Source: Promethearchaeota archaeon Loki_b32 (lineage in GTDB: Archaea > Asgardarchaeota > Lokiarchaeia > Sigyniarchaeales > SOKP01). Taken from it: a stretch of 64,000 nucleotides of DNA. The stretch is from the NCBI GenBank assembly GCA_005223125.1, contig NJBH01000001.1, forward strand, positions 160,001 to 224,000, written 5' to 3'. A program made the translations under genes and the position numbers. Position 1 is the stretch's first letter; each line of letters starts with the position of its first letter. The notes below the pieces were generated by a model. The model saw only the letters and a list, made by a program, of their open reading frames with translations, was not told the origin of the DNA and did no database searches. Below, one piece after another: positions 39,883 to 48,930 of this stretch.

Positions 39883-41019
39883 ATGGATAATTTAGAGCTT
39901 TTATCTGAATACTCATTGTTTTTAAGAGAAAAAAAAGAAGAAGGAAAAAAAGTAGTAGCTTTTATTTCTCATGATAACATCCCAGAAGAATTACTAGATG
40001 CTGCTGGATTCGTACCTTTAAGATTAATGTTTGCAGGAAACGATGAATTAATGGATGCTAGCCATGATTATTTATCTCCTTCTACTTGTGCTTTTGCACA
40101 GTCTTGTATTGGGTTATTTTCAATAAAACCTAGCCATTATCGATTTTTAGATATAATAGACTATTTTATTATTTCAAATCATTGTGTAAGTGATATATGC
40201 GCATCGGAAATTATTTCTAAATATTTTAATATTCCTCGGTTGAATTTTTATATATCATATACTAAAAATGACAATAGTGGGAAATATTTTAAATTAGAAT
40301 TACTGGATTTTAAAGATCAATTGGAAAAAATTAGTGGAATTAAGATAAAAAATGAGGATTTAAAAGAAAGTATCCGAAACTATAATAATTTTAAGAAAAA
40401 AATATTTGAATTTAGTAATTTGAATATAATAGGGTCAGAAAAATTAAGAGTTCTTCAAAGAGCAATGCTGTATGGGCCCCCATTTTTACCCGAATTAGAA
40501 TCTCATATTCAAATGTTCAAGGAAAATCAAGTTCAAAAAACTGATAATTTAAAAGGAATATTAATTACAGGGGGTTCTATTTTTTTAAATGATTTTCTAA
40601 TTGATTTAATAGAAGAAGCAGGAGGGAATGTTATCTTTTTTGATACTTGGGTTGGATATAGCTATTATTCCCAAATTTTTGAAGATAACATTATTGATTC
40701 AATAGAAAATCCTCTTGATTTATTAGTGAATCGCTTTAAGAACAATATCTATGATGATCACTCTGTTCCTAATTTTTTAGAGAACAAAATATCTCAAATT
40801 GAGTTAGTTTACCAAGAATATTTCAAGAAAACTGGAAGAAAATTAGGGATTATAAATCATATTATAAAATTCTGTGATCATATTTCCCTAATGTCATCAC
40901 ATTTAAAAAATCGACTGCAGCAAAAAGGGATTTCAGTTTTAAATCTCGAGAGAGATTACTCAAAAGCAAATCGCGGTCAATTATCAACTAGAATAGAAGC
41001 ATTTTTGGAGATGATGTAA
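39883..41019 (+). CDS. 2-hydroxyacyl-CoA dehydratase subunit (HgdB-like)
   Basis: PEELLDAAG, C..., KFCD, GQLSTRIEAFLEM. Confidence 0.85.
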   Translation: MDNLELLSEYSLFLREKKEEGKKVVAFISHDNIPEELLDAAGFVPLRLMFAGNDELMDASHDYLSPSTCAFAQSCIGLFSIKPSHYRFLDIIDYFIISNHCVSDICASEIISKYFNIPRLNFYISYTKNDNSGKYFKLELLDFKDQLEKISGIKIKNEDLKESIRNYNNFKKKIFEFSNLNIIGSEKLRVLQRAMLYGPPFLPELESHIQMFKENQVQKTDNLKGILITGGSIFLNDFLIDLIEEAGGNVIFFDTWVGYSYYSQIFEDNIIDSIENPLDLLVNRFKNNIYDDHSVPNFLENKISQIELVYQEYFKKTGRKLGIINHIIKFCDHISLMSSHLKNRLQQKGISVLNLERDYSKANRGQLSTRIEAFLEMM

Positions 41020-41021
41020 AA

Positions 41022-42389
41022 ATGAGCCTTATTGCAGATGACATTGTTAGATTTAGTTCTGTCTTAAAGATAGCTTACAACCTCTTAACAGGTAGAGAAT
41101 ATTTAAAAAGAAAAAAATTTAGAGAAAAAAAGAAGCTAATTTCAGTAGCATTACCATTCTCCGATTTAGTTTATGGGTTTCCTGATTTAGTTCCTGTTTT
41201 TCCTATTAGAACGCACACATTTAAAATGCATAAATATCTAACGTATTTAGGTTCTGCTTCAAATATTTTTGGCTGGAAAAATGTAGCCAATTTTTTAGGT
41301 TATATAAAAAACATGGGTATTGGCGATGTAAGCAAAATTATTGATGAGATTATAGATAATGTGATAGATACTGTAAATGATAAATACAATGAAATGTACG
41401 ACATTGGAGTAGAAAATGGTATACCTACTGACTTTTGTTATGGAATAAAAATTCTCTATGGAATGCATGTTACAAAAGGGAAGAATTATGATGCTAATTT
41501 AAATTATACTATACGATGTAGTGCGTGGAATAAATATCTTGAATCTTTAAAAACAATTAATAACTCGCCAAAACAAATCTGGATTGATATACCACCTAGA
41601 AACGTTGGTAATGCACTAGAATTACTAATAGAAAATATTTATGATGGAATAAGAGAATTAGAAAAAGTTAGTGGGAACAGCTATGATAGAAACATTCTTA
41701 GAAATCATTTCCAGGTTGGTAATGAAATAAGGAAGGTATATAAAACAATCCTATATGAAATAAGCACGTCTGATTTTTATCCCTGTAATCCTGCCACATT
41801 TAGTGAAATATTAGTAATATTAAATAATAGTTTTCAAGATTATAATTCCAATGCAATTCGATATCGAGATAATATGAACTCTTTACTATATGAAATGAAA
41901 GAGAGAGTGAGAAAAAAAATTGGCATGGATGTTAGCAATATGCCAAAAATTTTATTTACTCCTATGTTTGGGGGGTGGGAACCAAAAACCCATGAAATAA
42001 TATATGAGCTCGGTGGACGAGTATTGTATGCTGACTGGGATCTGTTATTAACATTAGAGGAAATACCTATTAAAACAAAAACTGATCCTGTTGAAGCTTA
42101 TGCAAGTTATCTAATGAATATCACAACAAATGGTATAGGTTGTGATAATGATAAACTAACAGATTCTTATTTACGAATAGCAAAAAAATTAAATGTAGAT
42201 GGTCTTATATTTAACCAAGTTTTTGGTTGCCATTCAGTATCTAATTGTTTCACGATGCTAAAGGAAAAAATTCGTCGAGAACTTGAAATCCCTAGTATTG
42301 CTCTCACTTTTAATAGGATAGGGGAAAATATTGAGCAAGTTAAGACGCGTCTTGGAGCTTTTATGGAAATGTTTAGGAGTTTTAAATAG
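41022..42389 (+). CDS. 2-hydroxyacyl-CoA dehydratase subunit (HgdA-like)
   Basis: DFCY, RC, DGLIFNQVFGCH, QVKTRLGAFMEM. Confidence 0.8.
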   Translation: MSLIADDIVRFSSVLKIAYNLLTGREYLKRKKFREKKKLISVALPFSDLVYGFPDLVPVFPIRTHTFKMHKYLTYLGSASNIFGWKNVANFLGYIKNMGIGDVSKIIDEIIDNVIDTVNDKYNEMYDIGVENGIPTDFCYGIKILYGMHVTKGKNYDANLNYTIRCSAWNKYLESLKTINNSPKQIWIDIPPRNVGNALELLIENIYDGIRELEKVSGNSYDRNILRNHFQVGNEIRKVYKTILYEISTSDFYPCNPATFSEILVILNNSFQDYNSNAIRYRDNMNSLLYEMKERVRKKIGMDVSNMPKILFTPMFGGWEPKTHEIIYELGGRVLYADWDLLLTLEEIPIKTKTDPVEAYASYLMNITTNGIGCDNDKLTDSYLRIAKKLNVDGLIFNQVFGCHSVSNCFTMLKEKIRRELEIPSIALTFNRIGENIEQVKTRLGAFMEMFRSFK

Positions 42390-42396
42390 GACATAA

Positions 42397-42879
42397 TTAA
42401 GCTTTTTTTTTTGGGAAGAACATCTTTCTACTTGAATGGACTGCTTCGAAGTAGTCTTTATATTTTTCGATGTCATCATGAATTTCTTCTAATTCTTCAT
42501 TTTCTAACATATTAATAAAAATTCTTTTTAAGGATATATATAATTTAGGAATAAATGTATCTATTTGAGATAATTGGTAAGCTAGTTCTTTGATTGAAGA
42601 AAAATCCAATTTTAAGTTAATTTCTCTTAGTTTAATTTTTTCAATTATTTTATTCTCAATTTTTCTTCTAGAAACGTTACTCCATGTTATTTCATATGAA
42701 AAATAGAATAGACTTTGCACGAATTCAGTTAAAAGTGCGGTTCCTGTTGCTATAGCAAGGCTTCCTGTAATGATGTATGCTGTTAAAGTCCCTAGTATTA
42801 ATGTTATTGATCTATAAATTAAACTTTTAAAAAGACTTTGTTTCCACTCTATTTTCTGCAATTTTTTTTTTGATTTCAT
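42397..42879 (-). CDS. DUF2061-like membrane protein with C-terminal extension
   Basis: SLFKSLIYRSIT...AYIITG...YFSYEITW. Confidence 0.7.
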   Translation of the reverse strand: MKSKKKLQKIEWKQSLFKSLIYRSITLILGTLTAYIITGSLAIATGTALLTEFVQSLFYFSYEITWSNVSRRKIENKIIEKIKLREINLKLDFSSIKELAYQLSQIDTFIPKLYISLKRIFINMLENEELEEIHDDIEKYKDYFEAVHSSRKMFFPKKKA

Positions 42880-43238
42880 CTTAAGGTTTTTACCATTCTA
42901 ATTTTATAAGAATTTCAGTTATTATCTTTAATAATTTTTTGCATAAAAAAAAGAAATGGCATTAGAAGTTCTTCTCAAGGTTTTCTTAATTTCTCTTTTG
43001 TGTAACAATTAATATTTATCTCCCTTTTCTTTCTCAACTATTCAATTTTTAATTCTCTTTCTTTCACCTTAATAGAAATTAAGTGAAGTCTTTTTAAAAT
43101 AACGAACTAGACTAATTGAAAAACATTTTGTTAAATTTATTAATTCTCATAAATTTTATTAGAATTTTATGATTAAATTTAAATTGTAAATTTTTAAGTA
43201 TTAAAAATAATATTTTAATTTATTAAAGCCCTAGTAAA

Positions 43239-44594
43239 ATGAGTATATACGCAGATGATGTCGTAAACTTTACATCTGTTTTAAAAATTGCCTATAATTT
43301 TTTAACGGGTAGAGATTATTTACAGAAAAAGAAATCAAAAGAGAGAAAAACTTTAATTTCCGTGGCATCCGGTTTTCCTGATTTGGTATTTGCGGCAGAT
43401 TCAATCCCTGTTTTCCCTATTCGTATGGAAAAATTTAAACTTAATCTTTATTTGCTTGCTCTAAATTCTGCGACAAATCTTTTTGGTTGGAATCTTACAA
43501 CTAAATTATTAGGAATAGCACGACAAGTAGACTTTTTGAAAATAGTAGATAATGTTTTAAATGATGTGATTAGCACAATTAACAAAAGATATAATTTATT
43601 ATATGATTTAGCAGTTCAAAAGAATGTATCGCCAAATTTTTGTTTTGGTGTTAAATCTCTTTATGGAATGCATATTTCAGAATCAAATAATTGTGATTGT
43701 ACCTTAAATTTTACAATAAGATGTAATAAATATAATAATTATTTAAAATCCTTAAGAGCAATAGTTACAAACCAAGTGTGGGTAGATATCCCTTCAAAGG
43801 ATAAAGGAAATGAGAATGAAACCTTAGAAATTATGGTTAATAATATTAAAACTGCAATAACAGAGCTAGAAAATATAACCGGAAATATTGTTACTGATAA
43901 TAGTTTAAATAAACAATTTCGTATTGGAAATCAGGTAAAAAGATATTATAAAACAATTCTTTATGAAATAAGCACGTCAGATTTTTATCCTTGTAACCCT
44001 GCTACATTTTCAGAAATATTAGCATTATTGACGATATCTTTTCAAGATTATAACTCTAATGCTCAGAGATATTTAGAAAATATTAGTCAATTAGTAAAAG
44101 AAATGAGGGAACGTATAAATCAAGGCGTAGGAATGGAAGTTTCTAATAGACCAAGAATTTTATTAACTCCAATATTCAATGGCTGGGAACCTGAAGCTCA
44201 AGAAATTATATATAATTTAGGCGGGAGAGTGGTTTACTCAGATTGGGATTTACTTGGATTATTAGAAGAAATCCCCGTTTCAAAAGATTCTGATCCAATT
44301 GAAGAATATGCACGATTCCTTTTAAATAGCTCAAATAAAGGTTTGCTATGCTTAGATAATTGCGAAGCACTAATCAATTCTTACCAAAAATACGTTAAAA
44401 AGACAAGAGTAAATGGTCTTATAATTAATCAACTTGATGATTGTCATATAAGTTCCACTTGCTATGATTTAATGAAAAATAAAATCAGAACAGAAATAAG
44501 AATACCATCAATAGGAATTAACTTTAAGAAGATCGGCGAAAATATCGAACAAACAAAAGGTAAATTAATTCCTTTTATGGATCTTTTTAGTTAA
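43239..44594 (+). CDS. second HgdA-like dehydratase subunit (paralog of 41022-42389)
   Basis: shared SVLKIAYN.LTGR.YL and YEISTSDFYPCNPATFSEIL blocks. Confidence 0.8.
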   Translation: MSIYADDVVNFTSVLKIAYNFLTGRDYLQKKKSKERKTLISVASGFPDLVFAADSIPVFPIRMEKFKLNLYLLALNSATNLFGWNLTTKLLGIARQVDFLKIVDNVLNDVISTINKRYNLLYDLAVQKNVSPNFCFGVKSLYGMHISESNNCDCTLNFTIRCNKYNNYLKSLRAIVTNQVWVDIPSKDKGNENETLEIMVNNIKTAITELENITGNIVTDNSLNKQFRIGNQVKRYYKTILYEISTSDFYPCNPATFSEILALLTISFQDYNSNAQRYLENISQLVKEMRERINQGVGMEVSNRPRILLTPIFNGWEPEAQEIIYNLGGRVVYSDWDLLGLLEEIPVSKDSDPIEEYARFLLNSSNKGLLCLDNCEALINSYQKYVKKTRVNGLIINQLDDCHISSTCYDLMKNKIRTEIRIPSIGINFKKIGENIEQTKGKLIPFMDLFS

Positions 44595-44604
44595 ATTAAA
44601 AGGT

Positions 44605-45171
44605 TTACATGCCAAAAAAATCAGAAGGCTTTAATAAATGCGAGTCTTCATCTTCTTTCTTCTTTTTTTCTTTTTCATGTGGATCTACCCATTCTGGTTC
44701 TCCAGCAGCCTTTGCACCGCCAGGACCTTTTAATCCCTGTGGCTTTAAATTGATGTCGGCGGATATGGACTCTGGTTGTTGTCCTACGGCAATTGGTGCT
44801 GCCGGTACATATGTAATCCCTCCTGCTTTTAAAACTTTTAATTCACTTAATACTTTCTCTAAATTCATTGTTTGTACGCTTTTATTCATAGTGTCCATTA
44901 TTTCTTTTAATGATTTTGATGTTTCTCTTAATCCTCTTGGATTAATTCCTGTAAGTAGAGAATCTAAATTAACACTTATACTTTCATTTAAATCAGTTAG
45001 GGATTCTAATACAGTACTCCAATGTTTGTTCATTTGAGATTCAATTGCACTAATCATTTTAATTGTTTCGTTCATAAAATTGACGTGAGCCTCATAACGT
45101 TCTTCATCTTTTGCCCGAAGATCCGAGATGAGCATAATTAATTTCCTTAAAGCGTCTTTTTCTTCACTCAT
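44605..45171 (-). CDS. helical hypothetical protein with disordered C-terminal tail
   Basis: 188 aa; helical N-terminal ~115 aa, P/G/A linker, terminal LLKPSDFFGM. Confidence 0.75.
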   Translation of the reverse strand: MSEEKDALRKLIMLISDLRAKDEERYEAHVNFMNETIKMISAIESQMNKHWSTVLESLTDLNESISVNLDSLLTGINPRGLRETSKSLKEIMDTMNKSVQTMNLEKVLSELKVLKAGGITYVPAAPIAVGQQPESISADINLKPQGLKGPGGAKAAGEPEWVDPHEKEKKKKEDEDSHLLKPSDFFGM

Positions 45172-45306
45172 TTTTTACCAAAATATATATTATTTTTTCT
45201 ATTATAAATATGATTATAAATAAATTTATATGTATTCATTTAGTAAATAAACAAATCCATAATAATTCCATTAATTTATTTGAATAAATCTTTGTGAAAT
45301 ATTAAA

Positions 45307-46800
45307 ATGACAATTAAAAATTCCGAATGGATCAGAAATCCAAAAATATATGAAATTAATACATGGCCCTGGCTTCATTCATTATCTGAAATTTATAAGA
45401 AAACAATTTCTTTAAATAACATACCAGATGAAGTTTTTAACCAAGAGATAAAACATTTTGATGCTGTTTGGCTCATGGGTGTTTGGGAAAGAAGTCCTGC
45501 TAGCAAAAAAATAGCTCTCGACCATCCAGATCTACAGCAAGAGTATCACAAAGCTTTACATGATTTTAAGGACGAAGATGTAATCGGTTCGCCTTATGCT
45601 GTGTATTATTATCATGTAGATAACAATATTGGTGGAATTGATGGGTTAAAAAGTTTCAGAAAGAGATTGGCTGAACGAAATATTAAGTTAATATTAGATT
45701 ACGTCCCCAATCATGTTTCTGTTGATTCTTTATGGACTTTTGACTCAAACTTATTTATTGAAGGATTTTTGGATGATCTAATGACTCATCCTTATGATTT
45801 TTTCAGTGTTGGGGAAAAGGTATACGCAAATGGACGAGATCCAAATTTTCCTCCTTGGACTGACACAATACAAATTAATGCTTTCTCAGAAGAAGCTCGC
45901 CAAAAAACGATAAGTACTCTCCTTAACATTGCTGAACTCTCTGATGGAGTTCGATGTGATATGGCAATGTTAATGACAAATAATGTTTTTCGCAGAACCT
46001 GGGGTCAAAAAGCAGGTTCTACCCCAGATAAGGAGTTCTGGGAAGAAGTCATTCCAACTGTGAAAGAAAAATATCCAAATTTTTTATTTATAGCAGAAGT
46101 ATATTGGGATATGGAATGGGAACTTCAACAACAAGGATTTGATTTTTGTTATGATAAAAGGTTATATGAAAGATTAGCTCATGAAAATGCTAGTACGATT
46201 AGAGATCACCTCAAGGCGGAATGGGCATATCAGAGCAAGTTATTAAGATTTATTGAAAATCATGATGAAGTAAGGGTTTTAGAAAAATTCGGAGAAGAAA
46301 AATCAAAAGCAGCAGCTATGATAGCATTAACTTTACCCGGAGCAAGGTTAATTTATGAGGGGCAAACTTGTGGTTCTAAGATAAAATTACCAGTTCAATT
46401 AGGAAGATTTCCTTTCGAAGAACCTAATAAAAAAATTTTTGATTTTTATCAAGAATTATTAAAATCTATTCCTGGAAGAGAATACGGTAAAGGTAGTTGG
46501 TCTCTTTGTGAAGCGAAATTAGTAAATTTGAATAATTCTTCATTTTCGAATATAATTTCTTATTTATGGTGGGTTAATGATAATTATCGACTTATTGTTG
46601 TTAATTATAGCCCAAATCCTTCAAAAGCTCATATAAAAATAAGTCCTTTCCATTTCGATACAAATAGATGGATTTTCACTGATTTGGTGCTTAAAAAATC
46701 ATATATTTATAATGGTGAAGATTTGTATAAATATGGTTTATATGTTGATTTAAATGCTTGGAAAGGGCATATTTTTAATATAAAAAAAGAAAGTAACTAG
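45307..46800 (+). CDS. GH13 alpha-amylase family glycosidase
   Basis: LDYVPNH, DGVRCDMA, AEVYW, FIENHDE. Confidence 0.92.
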   Translation: MTIKNSEWIRNPKIYEINTWPWLHSLSEIYKKTISLNNIPDEVFNQEIKHFDAVWLMGVWERSPASKKIALDHPDLQQEYHKALHDFKDEDVIGSPYAVYYYHVDNNIGGIDGLKSFRKRLAERNIKLILDYVPNHVSVDSLWTFDSNLFIEGFLDDLMTHPYDFFSVGEKVYANGRDPNFPPWTDTIQINAFSEEARQKTISTLLNIAELSDGVRCDMAMLMTNNVFRRTWGQKAGSTPDKEFWEEVIPTVKEKYPNFLFIAEVYWDMEWELQQQGFDFCYDKRLYERLAHENASTIRDHLKAEWAYQSKLLRFIENHDEVRVLEKFGEEKSKAAAMIALTLPGARLIYEGQTCGSKIKLPVQLGRFPFEEPNKKIFDFYQELLKSIPGREYGKGSWSLCEAKLVNLNNSSFSNIISYLWWVNDNYRLIVVNYSPNPSKAHIKISPFHFDTNRWIFTDLVLKKSYIYNGEDLYKYGLYVDLNAWKGHIFNIKKESN

Positions 46801-46826
46801 CAAGGAAAAAAAAGGTAAAATAAATT

Positions 46827-47507
46827 ATGGATCCTCTTAATACAATTAAAATAACTACTGCATTAATTTCAGTTCTTATTGCATTTACTGCAGGATTTAT
46901 AGAGTTACGTTTAAATCCCGATTATTGGCTAAATAGATGGTTTGCAATTTTTTTTATTTCAACATCTTTAGGGTTTCTTACATACACAATTTATCATCTA
47001 ATATTAAATTTTTCTCAAATAATTATTCCCATTATGATAATAGCACAAATTATTTTCAATCTTGTTCCTGTTTCCGCGGTAATGACAGTATTCGTATTAG
47101 AAAAATTTAAAAAAGTAGCGATGAATCTTAAACATCTTGGTCTTATGATGGGATTGTTTGTAATAATGAGTATTGGATTTTTTATCTGGATTCCAGAATT
47201 AGATATGGTTCGTTATGGAGAAGGTATTGTTAATACTGACACACCCAAGGAATGGTTTCTTTTTGTGAATACTATGAGGTTGATTTTATGCATTTTTGTT
47301 GTTTACAAATATGCTATGATTATTCGAAAACTTGAAGGTGAAGCGAAAAAAAGAGTAATAAACTTCCTTATAGGAATAATCGTTGCTATTACAGGGGTGT
47401 TTATCAATGTACTTGGAGGGTTTCTCGATTTCATATTCCTCGAAATTTTTGCTTTAATTTTAATAGATATAGGTTTTGTAGTAGTCGTTAAGGGTTTTTT
47501 TATTTAG
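46827..47507 (+). CDS. 7-TM membrane protein (HisKA_7TM-like sensor, stand-alone)
   Basis: seven hydrophobic segments; LNRWFAIFF motif after TM1. Confidence 0.6.
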   Translation: MDPLNTIKITTALISVLIAFTAGFIELRLNPDYWLNRWFAIFFISTSLGFLTYTIYHLILNFSQIIIPIMIIAQIIFNLVPVSAVMTVFVLEKFKKVAMNLKHLGLMMGLFVIMSIGFFIWIPELDMVRYGEGIVNTDTPKEWFLFVNTMRLILCIFVVYKYAMIIRKLEGEAKKRVINFLIGIIVAITGVFINVLGGFLDFIFLEIFALILIDIGFVVVVKGFFI

Positions 47508-47643
47508 TCGAAGTTTTAATGCATAACAACTGTTTTTGCTAAGTTCTTAGGTAGATCTAGACTTCCTAAATAAGTTTTATTAAGAGTTAGAAATTTATTT
47601 TATTAAAAAAAAGAAATATGACCGAGAAAAGAGAAGAATTCAT

Positions 47644-48882
47644 ATGGCAAATAATAAAAACTCATTAATTAGTGCTTTAATTGAAAAGGGAGTCAAAATA
47701 CCGAATCCTTTATCTGTTGAGATAGGCGAGGATGTAAATATTAATCTGATATCATCTGACGATGTTACGATACACTCGGGTTGTAAAATTTTTGGCAAAA
47801 AGACGCTTATCATGCAGGGGGTTAAGCTGGGCAGTAGGTCTCCGGTTACTATTAAGAATTGTCAATTAGGTAGAAATGTTGAATTAAAAGGGGGTTATTT
47901 TGAGGAATCAACGTTTCTTGATTCTGCGAATATGGGTGATGGGGCTGAAGTCCGAGAAGGATGTCTCCTGGAAGAGGAGTCAAATGGTGCCCACACAGTA
48001 GGTCTTAAACAAACAATTCTTTTTCCTTTTGTTACATTAGGAAGCATTATTAATTTTTGTGATATTTTAATGGCCGGAGGGACGAGTAGAACAAATCATA
48101 GTGAGGTGGGTAGTTCGTATATTCATTTTAATTACACTCCTAATCAGGATAAAGCAACCGCATCTTTGATTGGGGATGTTGCTCAGGGTGTAATGCTCAA
48201 TCAACCTCCTATCTTTTTAGGAGGTCAAGGTGGACTAGTAGGACCAAGTCGGATAGGATATAATACAGTAATTGCAGCAGGAGTTATTTATCGTGAAGAT
48301 TGTCCTCAAGGACATAAGCTTTTATTGGGTAAAGAACCTCAAAAAGAGGATATGGATTTCTATCCTGGATTATACTGGAGTGTTAAAAGAAGAGTTATAA
48401 ATTCTATTGAATATATTGCAAATATAATAGCTCTTAGACAATGGTACCTAATTGTACGCTCTAAATTCTATCAAGGAAGTGATATGGAAAAATTACTATA
48501 CGAGAGTGCAATCGAAAAACTTGAGATCATTTTCAATGAGAGAATTAAAAGATTCAAACAACTAGCTAATAAGATGGAAAAATCAATAGAATTATATAAA
48601 TCAATTAAGAGCAATAATGTGTCAGAAGAGTTGATAAATCAAAAAAGAGAGCTTTTTGAGAATATCCAAAAACTAGAGGATGGTTTCAATGAGTGTCTGT
48701 CATATTTGGGGGATAAGAGAAAGAGAGATGAATTTTTAAAGAATATAGATACAAGTAAAATCTATATCAATGCAATAAAAAATTTAAATAAGCAAAATTT
48801 GGTCGTTGGAACTACTTGGCTTTTAGGTATAGTTGAATATACTCGAAATACTATAATGAAATTTCTTCCCTCTTTTATTTAA
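47644..48882 (+). CDS. GlmU-related left-handed beta-helix protein (acetyltransferase-like)
   Basis: LIEKGVKIPNP start, hexapeptide repeats, HTVGLKQT, HFNY; adjacent to glmS/nagB/glmM; no GxGxR pyrophosphorylase domain. Confidence 0.65.
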   Translation: MANNKNSLISALIEKGVKIPNPLSVEIGEDVNINLISSDDVTIHSGCKIFGKKTLIMQGVKLGSRSPVTIKNCQLGRNVELKGGYFEESTFLDSANMGDGAEVREGCLLEEESNGAHTVGLKQTILFPFVTLGSIINFCDILMAGGTSRTNHSEVGSSYIHFNYTPNQDKATASLIGDVAQGVMLNQPPIFLGGQGGLVGPSRIGYNTVIAAGVIYREDCPQGHKLLLGKEPQKEDMDFYPGLYWSVKRRVINSIEYIANIIALRQWYLIVRSKFYQGSDMEKLLYESAIEKLEIIFNERIKRFKQLANKMEKSIELYKSIKSNNVSEELINQKRELFENIQKLEDGFNECLSYLGDKRKRDEFLKNIDTSKIYINAIKNLNKQNLVVGTTWLLGIVEYTRNTIMKFLPSFI

Positions 48883-48930
48883 AAAAATTTTTTCATTGAT
48901 TACTACTGTTTTCGATTTTCAAAAAAAAAT

